DNA of 64,000 nt, from contig JALMLS010000578.1 of assembly GCA_038496445.1 (NCBI GenBank), positions 372,001-436,000 on the forward strand, read 5' to 3'. Each line of letters starts with the position of its first letter. Position 1 is the stretch's first letter. The notes below the pieces were generated by a model that was not told the DNA's origin, ran no database searches, and worked only from the letters and a program-made list of their open reading frames with translations. The DNA is from Trichosphaerium sp. ATCC 40318. Its lineage: Eukaryota > Protista > Tubulinea. A program made the translations under genes and the position numbers. This document shows, piece by piece, positions 12,843-26,040 of the stretch.

Positions 12843-14749
12843 CTACCTCATTGACTGACCGGTCATCATTTTGTTGAGTTGCTCGATGAAAATAAACGTC
12901 AAGATTGTATGTGGTCCTAATCTGAAGAAGTATGGAGTAAATCCCTTCCACAAACTGAAGAAACCTTCATTTCTCACAGTTCTAAAAAAAAAAGTTACCA
13001 AAGAAAAAGAAACTCTTTTTTTTCTCGTTGCCTTTGCTGACAAAGGAACGCCAAATTGGAATATTACGTACTTTACGAGAACATCTAGAGCATTCTTGTA
13101 TATAGGTTTACCTTGAGCGTCATATCTAGTCAAGGTCAGTTACACCTAAAAGCCCAACGAAAATGTTTTAATGATCAAAAATAGGAGCGTACTTCATATT
13201 CTGCAGTCTAGTCTTTGTGATATCTACAGGAATAGATACAGCGGTAGAAACAAATCCTAACAAAACATTATTAGCGAAACAAAGTGGACAGAAAGGAGAG
13301 AGGAAGAAGATCCAGTACAAACAGAAAAAAACCAGAAAAGCAGTGGTACACTAAAAAAACGTACCAGAGATAATACTTGCTACAATGTGTAGTCCGTAAC
13401 CTTCAGTGAAGTATCCTGTTTTCTTTAAGCTATCTTTAGCTTGAGAGTAACCAGCAAGCTGAGCTGCATTCAAAACCATAGCTCTGAAATAGAAAACTTA
13501 GATCAAAAAAAAAAGTGTTTGACAAAAAAAATCTACCTGGCTACAGTTGGGGTAGCACCACGCCAAAGCGTATACAAGCCTATACAAGACATGTCAATGA
13601 AGCTGAAAAAAATATACAATGCGTAATTGCTGAGAAAACAAGAGAACCCCATCAATGCAATGATGGTTTAAAACAAAAAAGAAAGTAACAAATCTTCACT
13701 CTATGAACGTGCCTTCCTCCCTTACTATTCTGCTCAAGGCATCGAAAACGTGCTTGTAGTTACGTCTTTCAGCAGCTGGACGACTATGAAAGTGAGTTCA
13801 AATAGTTGATGCATAAGTAGGAGAGATTTTCTTACTTTCCGTCCGCTGTCATTCTAATCAACGTGATTTCAGCAGGTGTACCAACAACAGCACCAATACC
13901 ACCAGCAGTGAAACCCATTGCTAGTTTTTGAAAGAAAGGTACAGCTTGACCATCTTTAGGCGCAAATTTATCCATAAGAGCCTATTAAAAATTGAGTTAA
14001 TTAAACAAAGTGAAAGCGAAAAAAGATGCCCCAAAAAAAAAAAAAGTATTTCGCCTTTCTGCTCTTTTTTAGACATTATTTAAAGCGAAGCTATGTGGAA
14101 TTGGTTTTTGACCCTGACATGCACCTCTAGGATACGACCAAGAGCTTAAGAAATGAGGAGCGGATAAATTAAAAAAAAATTTTGTTTTTTCCTTTTTTAT
14201 GGATTGAACTCGTCATTGTTGTGTCAAGTCACGTGAGAATGTTATAAACGCTATTTCTTAGCGTTCGCGTGCAAAGTCACGATTTTTGGGGTTCGTGTAG
14301 TAGAAATGAAAATAGTATCGAGATTTTAGGCCAATAACGCACCTGGTATACGCCCATACGCGTTGTCGTATAGGTAGCTTGACGAAACAACGCTGCGCTC
14401 AAGCTGAAGAGAATATTAGCGAAAGATAGAACGCTAATTGACACGAAGAACGCTATAAGATATTCTTACCCATTGTACATTCCGTAGAAGCCTTCTGTCT
14501 TAACTATTCTCATAGCAGCGTTAAATCCTCCCGCTTTACCCTTTCGTACCGTTAAAGGCTTGTTTTAATGCGTTGACGTACTGTTCCGCCCTCGCCCATG
14601 ATCTGCATACGTGTTTTGATCAAATCAACCGGCTAACGCTAATAAGAACTCACAAGCGACGCTACCACTACCTGGACTACGCATGTCGCCATCATGCCGG
14701 AAAGGCCTCCGTTCATAAACTTGATCAGTCTGTTATCGTTTGTAGACAT
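12843..14749 (-). CDS. SLC25A11: Mitochondrial 2-oxoglutarate/malate carrier (SLC25 family)
   Basis: KFMNGGLSGMMATCVVQPVDLIKTRMQ, YRGLSAALFRQATYTTTRMG-like segment, GTPAEITLIRMTADG, PVDITKTRLQNM, WKGFTPYFFRLGPHTILTFIFIEQL. Confidence 0.9.
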
Positions 14750-14907
14750 GAGGTGCTTTGGTTGTAGTTTTAAGCGTACTCGTTGGGAAAAAAAAAAAGA
14801 CCGTCAACGTTATTATTAACCGCAAGCAAAACGCATAGTTACGCATGTTGAGCGATGTAGTAGACCAAGAGACGAATACAGAGTGCACATTATACAACCG
14901 TTTGTTT

Positions 14908-15630
14908 TTACTTGCCTAATACAGCTTTTGTTATAATATCTACTCCAGCATCCTTTAAACCGCTATTACAGTCCATTTGTGATGGTATTTTGGACTTAAT
15001 AGATTCACAGTGCCCACAAACGTTTAGAACTTTGACACTATGCCTGATGAGAAAATCTCGCAGAGCTTGACATATAATTTCTCGTTTATCAAGCGCTAAA
15101 GTAGCCACAAGAAATATCGGCTTGATTCCATTTTCAAACAGTAGAAATCCGTTATTTATATCGCCATGCTTCTCAGGATCAGCTAGAGCCATTTCTAAAA
15201 CGTCTACTTGTTTGTAGTGTCCCGTCATTGCGTAATTCAATGTTCTTTCCGTTCCTCGCCCTGTCAGAGGTATAGGAAACCTAGTTTACGCGTAAGAGAC
15301 TGTTTTACAGTATCAGTTCGTTTTACCTGAAGGCTAGATTCGCATCTGCTTCATTAACGTTTCTGGTATCTCTGTCTTGGTAGTCTTTACGCTTTGGAGC
15401 TGTTGAAGCTACCAAGCCAAACTTCTTTTGAAGTAGAGCAGGGTTGTTACCATTTTCAGTTCTGAAATCTCTTCAGTGACGGTATCAGTACGTGTATAGC
15501 TATTACGCCCATACCTAGGGGCACAGCCGCCAGTTTTTAACTTTAATTGTTCTGCGGCAAACAAACCACACTGATCTGCTCCTGTTTGACCTCCCGATAT
15601 TATTTTCTCTAAACATAAAGCTGTGGTCAT
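14908..15630 (-). CDS. Circularly permuted YpsA-like SLOG protein ('putative molybdenum carrier' family), 2 introns
   Basis: KIISGGQTGADQCGL..A...KLKTGGCAP, FRTENG, Y.DRDTRNVNEADANLAF, GRGTERT..YA, VKVLNVCGHCES. Confidence 0.8.
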
Positions 15631-16891
15631 ATTGTAGTGTTTCTAGCTGTCCAACAATACGCACTATTCACAGAACATCCCTCAGAATTTTCTCCTTTAC
15701 CATCAATACTAGAAAGCTTGTCCAATACTGACAACAATACATCAGGTTCTTAACTACTATCCTTGTTGATATGAGGAGCCTATGGAAGTTCGGTCGTTCA
15801 GATCAATAAAAGTCATGATAGGTTTGTCGCTAAAAGAAATATTCGATTAAGCTTAAATTAGACCAGAATGCGGCTGCAGGCTGCCATAACAACACTAAGT
15901 TGGTAGGTTTGGCTTTATGCAAAAAATGGTTGGTGAAGGGTGGGTGATCAAGCCAGTGGATGCGTGCACGTCGACATGATGTGGTGTGTTGATAAATTAT
16001 CACACAACCATCATAGTTAAATCTACATCTCATTGCACCTTAGTCAACTTTATCGTATGTGACCTTACAAGACCATTGGCGATATGCTGAAACGAGGCGC
16101 TCCTCTTCAATCTACACGAATCGTGGATATACCAACCACCTAACAAATCCGAAACACGATTTATAATGACGGGATAGATAAAAATAAAAATATTGTGGAA
16201 TGAAAGAGTCTCTCAGAGACTATGTTCTACCTGGCTTCTTGTATTAAGCTTTTAATTCCATAAGAGTGCTCTATTCCGCTAAATAAAGGCTAATACCATC
16301 GTGTTGTTAGTTTGTCATACTTTTACATGATTTTGTACTCGCACTACCAGCTACAGCAAATAGCTGTTGGCTCTTGAGCCGGATATACAATAAAGGATAT
16401 TTATATTAAGTACGGACCTACCATCGTTTACACAGACAGGGATAGGTTCTAATAGTGTTGAGATTAAGGTATCCCGAACTACTTCCACATGGCAGCTTGG
16501 TAACGTAAGATCTCTATGGAGCACTGGTTAACATAGGGAGTCACAACTTTACTAGAAAAAAAAAAAGTTGCTACGAATATGAGCAATGAACCATAGCCGA
16601 AAACTTTGTGAGTACTCAGTTTATGCTCTATTTCAGCTTATTTAGCGAATACTCCCAGAGGAAATACATGAGGAGTGTTGGCATCTGAAATAAGGAAATG
16701 ATAGATCTTTGATTCGATAGTGCCTTGATCTCAATGGCTTTGGTTTGGGAGTAAAACCTATACTTACAGAACAAATATTTGCGTTGGTTTGGATGGTTTA
16801 CTGTGGATCGAACTGCATGCAAAAAAATTTGAATAGTATTTGTTACGCAGCTTGTATTGTAGCTACTTTTTTATTAATGAACAACACTACA

Positions 16892-18840
16892 TTAAAGTCT
16901 TCTTCCACATTGTCCCGGTCCCGGGTTAACTATTCTTTGTAATGAATCCCCTAGTATGATCACCCAAAGACTATTTGTTTCATCAAAGCGAGCATCTACC
17001 CTCTCAGTTTCAACTGCAATCTAAAAAGTAAAAATGAATAAATAATATCGTGCCATAAAGGATGATAACGTACTACTGTTGTGCTACTCATAGTTCCATA
17101 AGCGATAGCTGGTTGTTCCGGATCATCCTCTATATTAAATTTAATTGGAGATACTCTCAGCAAGCCAAAAAAATGAAAGAACAAACCTGCTATTTTTAGA
17201 GCTCTAACTTTGAACGTATTATCATCAGATTTATAACTTGTGATATACAATGTTCTTGCTGAGCTTGATGTGTCAGCAGTTACCCCTAACATTGTTCCAC
17301 TTGGATTAGGAATGATATCCATATCAATGGCTACACCACTCGAATCTAAACCTCGAACAAGTGGTTGAACATTATCAATGCTATTAACAGCAAACATTGA
17401 ATCAATTTCCCATAGAAAAAATTCAGTTGTGAACTCTATTTTAGAGCCACCATCAAAAGAGTCACCATAAGACATGATACCAATGTATCCAGGTATTGGG
17501 TGATACATTGCTCGTATTTCTTCTGAATTGTGCATATTTCTTTCACGGACAGGTAACCTGTTCTACAACGAAAAAAATAAGAATGCTGGTAGTTTCGACA
17601 AAAAAATCATAAGTACTGCGTACAACAGGGTCATCATTCTCGTCTACTATGTAATGAAGTAGCTTCCTATCACCAGAGAATATTACAGCAAAACAGTTAC
17701 AATCTTCTCCGCCAAAGACAACATCGTAATTGCGGTTTCTTGCAACTGAAAGTAAAATTTTGTTATTTCTCATCAGATTTTCTATTCAAGCGTACAAATT
17801 CTTCGTTTGGTAACAGATCTACTTGAATCTATAATTGCGTATGCGTTTGGTCCTCTCGTTATATACACGACCATGTACTTGTTATCAGCTAGTAAACAGA
17901 CAATTAGACGACCTACAAACTATTATGAACTTCCTGTTAACGTACTTGGATTATAAGCAATCTTTGGATTAAAGGCTGTAGATCTTCCTTCGTGAAATAT
18001 AACTATGTCGTCTGCCATTAAACCCTTCGAAGATTAAGATGATAAATATAAGCTAGTTTTAGTCGTACGCCATTCACTACATCTTCGACAAGATATAGTA
18101 CACCAACGAATCCACGGCCGATATGATTGGTGGCAGTGATTGCAAACTCATTATTTCCCACCGCAATATCGGCATTACCAGTGTTGGGCAATCGAAAGTA
18201 CCCAAGCTCACCTTTGGCAAGACCTACAATAGCCTTTTAAGTTGGTGAAGCATAAAACCGTTGAGTACCTTCCTTTGTGAACACAACAACAATCAAGTCT
18301 TCAAACCTGTACCCTGGCAGATCATCTTCATATTCAAAAGCAAGAACAAAATATTCCTAATTATCTTCGTAAACACGTGTTCGCGAAAAAAAGTAACGTG
18401 ATTTTTAGCGTAACATATAAAAATTGAACATGTGTTAAGCTTAAGTCACGTGTTTTTTTAGGTACTAGTTAAAAATAGAAAAAGTAAACACGTGATTTTT
18501 CAAGTTCTTCAAAGAAAAAAAAAACTAACCACTCCGTTTATCACTCCAGAAGCCAACGCAGGCTCTTCACTATCACCTGTTTCCGCGTCTAACTCAGGTA
18601 TGAGTTCGGCAATTCTAAAAGGCTTGAAGATATCTTAGACATAAAGTATTAGATGGCGAATCATAAGCAAAAAAATTTATTTGTTTACATACCTATACAG
18701 TCAACGTCCACGTCTATTCTTTCTGGTAGATACCCGGGGTTGCCTTTTTTAGCGAAAGAAGCATGTTTTGCACCTTGTATCTTACTACCCATCACCATTA
18801 GGGAGAGCGTCAAGATAACAATAGATAGTTTTATAATCAT
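16892..18840 (-). CDS. Secreted acidic beta-rich protein of unknown function, paralog A
   Basis: Signal peptide MIIKLSIVILTLSLMVMG. Exons homologous to 40173-42216. Ends PGQCGRRL*. Confidence 0.65.
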
Positions 18841-19529
18841 TTGCTTTGACTGGTTTGATAAATTACAGCCTTTGAAAAAGTATCTCGCCTAAATTGTTCT
18901 CGTAAGAATGTGAACGCTTGTGATCAGCAAGGATATCTTCTACGAACCTTCCCAAACGCATTGAGGCACGTCTAACAAAACTTGGGAGCTAATTTCAATC
19001 ACAATCAAAGGTGATATTTGGTTTGTGTAAGTAGGACTATTGAAGTAATTCCGCCTACCTATATACTTCTATGGCGTAATGAGAGGGTAGAAAGGCATTT
19101 ATAACAAGATATAGGTGTAGTTTATAGCTCAACTTTCTTTTAATACAGCACTATTTAAGTGTTACATTGGTGCATTAGCTTCAATTACCTCTAATTATAG
19201 TCTACCAAGATACGTATTGAAGAAAACTTCAATACTCAACAACATCACGTGAAAAAAATCACTGTGATTATACAGAAATAGTGGCGTGCTGTTTGCATGG
19301 TCGTCTCGAGATGAATGACAATGTAATTCAAAAAAACAATCTTAGCTGAAACAAACAAGCTTTGTACAATCTCAACCGCTCCGCACTAAACTGCAGTACG
19401 TTTCTAGCACTGATTGCCACTCTTCTGAAACAAATCTGGTCCTCAATACGATTAATTCTTAGGTATCTTCGTGTTGGCTAGTTGATAATGTAGAAAACAA
19501 ATAAGCTGAGGTTTGTAAGGCAATAAGAT

Positions 19530-21552
19530 TTATTCAGATGTTTTAGCTACAGCAACAATTTCTCCATTCACATCAGACGAAATTATTAACGCTTCGCCTT
19601 GTGCTGTTTTAGCAAAACCAAGTCCAACAGGACGGTAAGGCCATCCGTTTCCAGTATCACCAGGTCCTTTGAAATAAAAGAAAGGATAGAAACCGTTAGG
19701 CATCCCGTTTTTGTAGTTTACTTCCATTACTTTGTATCCAGCTTGTTTAAAAATAAGAGTTAGAAGATAAAAAAAAAAAAAGAAAAAAAAACTGTAAATA
19801 GCTCTCAATTGAGAAAAAAATAAGAAGTGTAATCAAAAAATTATTGTGGTGTATAAAAGTATGGCTAACTTGTGCGGTATTAAACATACCGTTACTTGCC
19901 AAAGAGGTAAAGAAATTTATTTAAACGTAAGACAAGTTCGGTTCTTTCTTTTTTTTTTTGTAATTTTTTTTTATAACTTACCAGGTGGTTGTCTATCCCA
20001 AGAACCGTGGAAGGAAATAAAAGCATTTCCATCTTTAGTGAATCCTGGGCCTCCATAGAAAACGATATCCAAAGGTGCCTTTTAAAAAACATTAATAATG
20101 AGTACGTGGTAAAACTGACATTGCTCTTAAAAGTATGTTTTAGAAAAACCAGCGAAATAGTACCATGTGAGCTGGGAAGTCCATCTTTGGTTTGACAACG
20201 TTTGTATTGTTATTACACCAATCATCGCTATAAGGATGTTCGTTGATAAAGTTTTCGTGAACATACTGACTACCAACACCTTTCCCGCCTTTAGCTAGCA
20301 TCCTAACAAAAAAGTCAACTAAAAAATCCCAAAAGAAAATTATTTAGTACCATTCTGACCAACAATAAGGGTAACCATAAAACTTTCCAGGGGTATCAAA
20401 CAAGTTAAGTTCTTCTGACTATAATAAACGAGTCAAAAAAACAAAAAGTAACGAGGAGCGAAGAGAACATACAGGGTTATTAGTGTGAATGTCTCCTCCA
20501 AGATCAGGTCTGTTTAAGTTATCAACTCCATTCTCAACACCCCATAGTCTTCCTTGTCCGTCCATACGAATTCCTGCTTCATTGCGCAAGCCCGCAGCAA
20601 AGGTAGTGCCATCAATCCAATTGAACCCACCACTAATCATCACGTAAGTGAGGAATCTTCTTGTTTGAAAATATGTTGAATGTAAAAGAATGTTTTACAC
20701 CAAACTCACTACAATGTAATGCAGAAAAGCGATGTATTTCGTCAAGTACAAGAAGCGTTGTTCAATGGAAAGACAATACAAGAAAGTTTAAAAAAAAAGG
20801 ATTACCTTGGCATATCTGGAAGATAGAATGTCTTAATTTGAGCGTGGTCCCAGTTTGGATCAACATTAGAACCACTTCCGACCTGAACGTAAATTGTTGC
20901 GTTATTATCAAACGCAAAAGACCTTGTCACGTGATCACAACACGTGGGTATACTATGGACAACAACCTAACACAAGTCGGTCATTAAACAAACCCCAGAA
21001 AATTGTATCTTCAGCGTACTTTTCCTTTTCCCAAGTTAGTCCTATCACCTGCGTTGTATGGCCAAGAAAACACAGTACTAGCGCTAGAAGCATACAAAAG
21101 ACCCTTATTAGCGAGTACCCAATGATTTAAACCCTTTTCTGAAGCTAATGCGGCTTTTTCAGATGCTGATATAACTCCATCATTATTGGCATCCCACATT
21201 ACTAGCCACCCCGTTAATTTACCCAATTTCGTAACGGGTTTTTTGTATTCCTCAAAAACGTGCCTGTTACTTGACCTAATCCTCTCTCTACTACAAGAAT
21301 ATCATTGTTCTCAGCTACGTATATACCTCTTGGACTTTGTAGACCGCTAGCTAAAGTGTAGGCACAGTATCCTTTAGAAAAAAAGCCAGTTTTAGTTCAG
21401 AGGGTAGACGTTTGTTGTATCGATAGTAGAAAATGAGTACCTGTAGGTACGGTAGCATTTTCGATAGGGTTAGGACAAGCGTTCGGTACTTGTTGGGTTG
21501 CATAGCAACCGAAAACGACGAACAACAAACTCAGCAACGCTTTCGTGTACAT
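19530..21552 (-). CDS. Secreted PQQ-dependent sugar dehydrogenase (glucose/sorbosone DH beta-propeller, AA12-like)
   Basis: Signal peptide MYTKALLSLLFVVFG; PRGHVITRSF; SGSNVD; GLRNEAGIRMDGQGRLWGVENGVD..DIHTNNP/EELN; FYGYPYCW; AFISFHGSWDR; RPVGL. Confidence 0.85.
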
Positions 21553-21890
21553 TTTTACTAATTTGTTTATGTTGACCAATAGTGAAAAAACAAGCACACG
21601 TGCTTTGGGAAAAATAATACAAGAAAGGTTGTTTAAGCATAGGAGAAATGGCTGGAACGCTCCAAGAATACAAACCAAAACTTGTATATGACCTTTGCAA
21701 CAAAGCAATCTGAATTAAATTAGATTTTGACATATTCGCTAGCTAAGTTTTTTAATGCATAACTATTCTCAAGTTAAAACAGTAGGCTTATTTGTAGTCA
21801 GTCCGTCTGAAAGTTCATAGGAGCCTTCAACAGAAAGTGGGGTGCACATTTAACAGTGACTGATACCCTTTCCATAACAGCACTTTGCAG

Positions 21891-24444
21891 ATGGCAACAC
21901 ATTCGATTCTGTATTTGATAGGCCTATTTTGTATAGTGTCAATATCACAAGTTTCTTGTCGAAAGAACGTACTTTTCCTTGCTGTTGATGATTTACGCCC
22001 TGAGCTCGAAAGCTATGGCCATGCGCACATGAAAACGCCAAACTTTAATCGTTTAGCAAATATAAGTCTTCAATTCGATCGGGCATACGTCCAACAAGGC
22101 ACGTGATACCCACTCAAATACAACAAACGCAAAAGTGGGTTAGTGGCAAAAAACGGCCAAGTAATTTTCTTCCTTAGCTGTATGTAGTCCTTCTCGTACA
22201 TCACTACTTACTGGTAGACGTCCTGATACAACTCATATATACGACTTGTGCGAAGGAAAAAAATTGTCGAACTCAGCACGTGTTTATTTTTTGTTTAGGG
22301 TGCATTACTGGCGTAACAAGGGAGGTAACTTCACAAGTTTACCTCAGTACTTTAAGGATAATGGGTACCCACTACCTGTCCACTATTGTTCTTGTTCTTT
22401 CGATTTACTTTTTTAACACGTGATAGGTACCTAACGGTTGGCGCTGGCAAAATTTTTCATCCAGTAAGTTGTCCTTCTTTGTTCGATTTTTCTTTTTTTT
22501 TGTTTACCAACAAAGGGCACTGCTTCAAACCATGATGATCCAATATCATGGACAGTACCATTTTACCACGCCCCTGCTGGCAAATATTGGGATTCAATAA
22601 GGTTAGACGAATCGTGGCTAGCTGTACCTGAAGCAATGGAGAAAGAAGTACTCGCGAAATTCTCAAGCGTATTCCACAGCTTACTCTATAAATAGCATCC
22701 ATTGACTGATACAAAGAATACTGAGTATATCATGGAACACATGAAGTCTGCTGTTGCTGGAACACGTGCGTTATGAAATATTATTGTGCTTGTAACACTG
22801 CTATAGAGCCATACTTCGTTGCTCTAGGTATTCATAAGCCACACTTGTAAGTACAACAAACATTAGCAAAAATAGCTAAAATACCACTAGGCCATTTGTA
22901 TTCCCTGAGAAGTTCCTCGACTACTATCCACTCGAGGACGTAAAGCCTGCTTCAAACCAATATGCACCAAAGAATATGCCACCAATAGCATGGAGCGCTT
23001 ATGTACGACAACCCTCTACAATGTGTTTTTATTCAATTTTTTTTGAACAAACTTCTGAAATGTTGAACACAGGGAGAATTACGTCAGTACCATGACATTG
23101 CTAAATTGAACGCATCTGGGGATATTGGTACAACCTTACCAACACAAACTCAGATTGATTTGAGGTACACGATTACAAGAAAACAACAATTTAAAGGTTT
23201 TTTTAAGGAGAGGATACTATGCTGCTACATCATACACTGACTCACTTTTGGGTCAAGTACTTGATCTTTACTATGAACTTGAAATGCATAAAGATACAGT
23301 ATTGATTCTATGGGGTGACCGTACGTCAAAATATTTTCATTCTTTTGTTTCTTCCACTTTCTGTGTTTTTTCTCATTTTTTGCTGTTTAGACGGTTGGCA
23401 GGTACATAATAGTAACAAGATATACTTACGCGCAAGATATTATATTATATTAAACTATTTGAGTAGCTTGGCGAACACGGAGAATGGTGTAAACATGTAT
23501 GTTTTTCATTCTTTTTTTTTCTCAAAGATTGTTGATTGATGGCGTTTTTTACAGACCAATTTCGAGCTTGCAACACATGCTACAATGTTTATACATAACC
23601 CAGGAATGGAGAATATGGGAACCAAAAGTCCGGCACTTGTAAGATGTGATACAATGTGAAGAAAGCTAATACTTTACTTAGACTGAATTTGTTGATATTT
23701 ATCCAACACTCGCTGAGCTATGTGGATTGCCACCTGTTGCCACATGCCCTGAAAATTCTACTGTACGCATGAAAAAAAAAGGCTGTACATTTATGTAGCC
23801 TTTGGCTTCTAACAATATTTAAAAAGGACATCTTGGTGTGCACAGAAGGCCTAAGCTTTGCACCTTTATTAGAAAACCCAAATAAACCTTGGAAGAAAGC
23901 ATCATTTTCTCAGTACCCACGTGATGGAACTAAAATAATGGGTACGGATCCTAGCCACCTTAATATATCTAACATCAACAAAAGGATACACAATGGTTGA
24001 TGATAAGTACAGGGTGCGGTGGAAGACAGAAATCATCAATCAAAATTTGTTCTAAACGTTTTTCGTGAATGATATTTCTTTTTCTGTTTTTTGTTCACGT
24101 GCAACAAAGTCTATTTGATATGAACACGCTGACTAACTATATTAGTACACTGAATGGGTTGAATTCGATGACCAAACATACAAGATGGACTGGTCCAAAA
24201 AAGATGGTGTTGGTATGTTCTGATTAAAAAAAAACGAGTGACCAGAGTGTTACTCACATCAATTTAGAGTTGTATGATCACATTAACGATGAAGCTGAAA
24301 ATGTAAACATTGCGTGCGTACTTAATTATGGCACGAGCGTTTTTCTAACTGTATAACGTGTATAGACTCGAGCCAAGTATGAAATCAGTAGTCGCGGAGT
24401 ATTCTGCTAGATTACATGCAGGATGGAGGCAAGCATTACCTTGA
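21891..24444 (+). CDS. Iduronate-2-sulfatase-like sulfatase (formylglycine-dependent S1), many short introns
   Basis: Signal peptide; [12 protein letters not shown]; spliced [17 protein letters not shown] (CxPxR); GKIFHP; GIHKPHLPF; [16 protein letters not shown]; [15 protein letters not shown]; ELYDH. Confidence 0.9.
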
Positions 24445-24946
24445 GAGAACTGTAATTCATGCCAATAAAGCACCTTCAATACAGTACTGTGATATTTCTT
24501 ATAAACAATGTAGCATGCATTTCTTTTTAATAACAAGATTACTTGAGCGAACAGAACCATGTACGAGTTGCACTTTAAGTACAAACTTTGTAGCCGACTA
24601 AAGGACCAGGCCACGACCTCCTATACTTTCACTTGCGAGCTCTTTAACTATAATTGTCGAATGCAAGGTACTATGCAAAATGTCAGTATTATTCTACTGT
24701 CTTAATGAATACTACACAAGATAGTAGCTTGGTGAGGTTATTGTTTACCAATATTCTGACATCACTTGTAATTTGGTCATTTTCTGATTACCCACTGTAC
24801 CTCACTATTGACCTATCATTTACGTCACGTGGAATTAATTAAGCTCTTTACGAGTACCAGGAAAGTGATACAATTAAGGCAGAAAAATAATAATCCTGAA
24901 CAAGGACGAACATCATCTACACGGAACTAAGGGGACATCCTTTTGA

Positions 24947-25130
24947 GATAGTTTCGAAAATTGTACTGGATTTCGAGAATCAATCTACGAGGCGTTTTTA
25001 CTCACCTCGTAACCATCTTACATTTCAATTGTATTTATAGAATGTAGCTATGACTATATACTTGCAGGAGTGAAACAGCATCTGGTAATTTTTGTTGCTG
25101 TACTGATAAACAACCTTAATTTCAAAAAAC
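24947..25130. repeat. Dispersed diverged repeat, copy 2
   Basis: Homologous to 7325-7535. Confidence 0.6.
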
Positions 25131-25359
25131 CTCAGCAAAATGGGCATTTACCTTTTAGTCTGTTGCAGTCTTCACGTTGACTGTATTAGAAGCGAAGCTT
25201 ATTTATCACCACAGCTGTCACTTTAGTACTAGTAAAAAAAAACTGCAAGGAAGAACAATCAATGTAAACGAAGTTCAAAGTTAGTCTTTATGTCCATGAA
25301 ACTATTTTTACATTTTCACTGACATACGGAATTAATTGAGTAGGGAAGCTAAGACAACA

Positions 25360-26040
25360 ATGGAAGTTAGAATTGTTGTAGTGGGCGAATTAGGAGTTGG
25401 AAAGAGCGCTCTAATGCTGCGTTTCACGAAGGGCAAGTTTGTACCAGATTTTGACCCAACAATCGAAGAAGCGTACCGCAAGCAACTGGAGATAGACGAA
25501 GAGGTTATAATAGCCGATATTTTAGATGGAACTGCTGGTCACCCCGGAACTGCAGGTAGAGAGCATCGAGTAGCTTCGTCAGTTATTTTGGTGTATTCTA
25601 TAACAGACAAGGCAAGTTTTGAAGCTCTTGCGGCAAAAGTGGATCAAATAAGGCGGTGCGTTTTTGTTGTTTTCAAAGAAAAAAATGAAAAAACTTTTCG
25701 AGTTTTGATAAAAAAACGTGACTTGCTTTATACATTCCGTTACTGACATACTTGTGTTCTTTGCAGAATAAAGGATTTGGATGAAAAAGAAACGTTTCCT
25801 ATGGTATTAGTTGGATGTAAATCAGACCTCAGTGAAAGGCAGGTTACCGAGAGTGAAGGTAAAGAACTAGCTGACTTTTTTGGATCATGTGGTTTTTATG
25901 AAACATCAGCAAAGTTAGACACGAATGTAACTGAAGTATTCGAATATATTTTCCGAGAGACAAAGAAATATGATTTAGAAAAGAGGGCACGTAATAATAA
26001 GAGTCGTCGAATAAAACCTAAACGTTGTACAGTATTGTAA
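25360..26040 (+). CDS. Atypical Ras-family small GTPase (intron 25656-25766)
   Basis: G1 GELGVGKS, effector FDPTIEEAY, G4 GCKSD, G5 ETSAK, polybasic tail + CAAX CTVL. Confidence 0.9.

Noticed and set aside
25538-25555. 18-nt GT..AG 'intron' in the Ras G3 region
   Set aside because: Far below the ~40-nt intron sizes seen here, and removing it does not restore DTAGQ.
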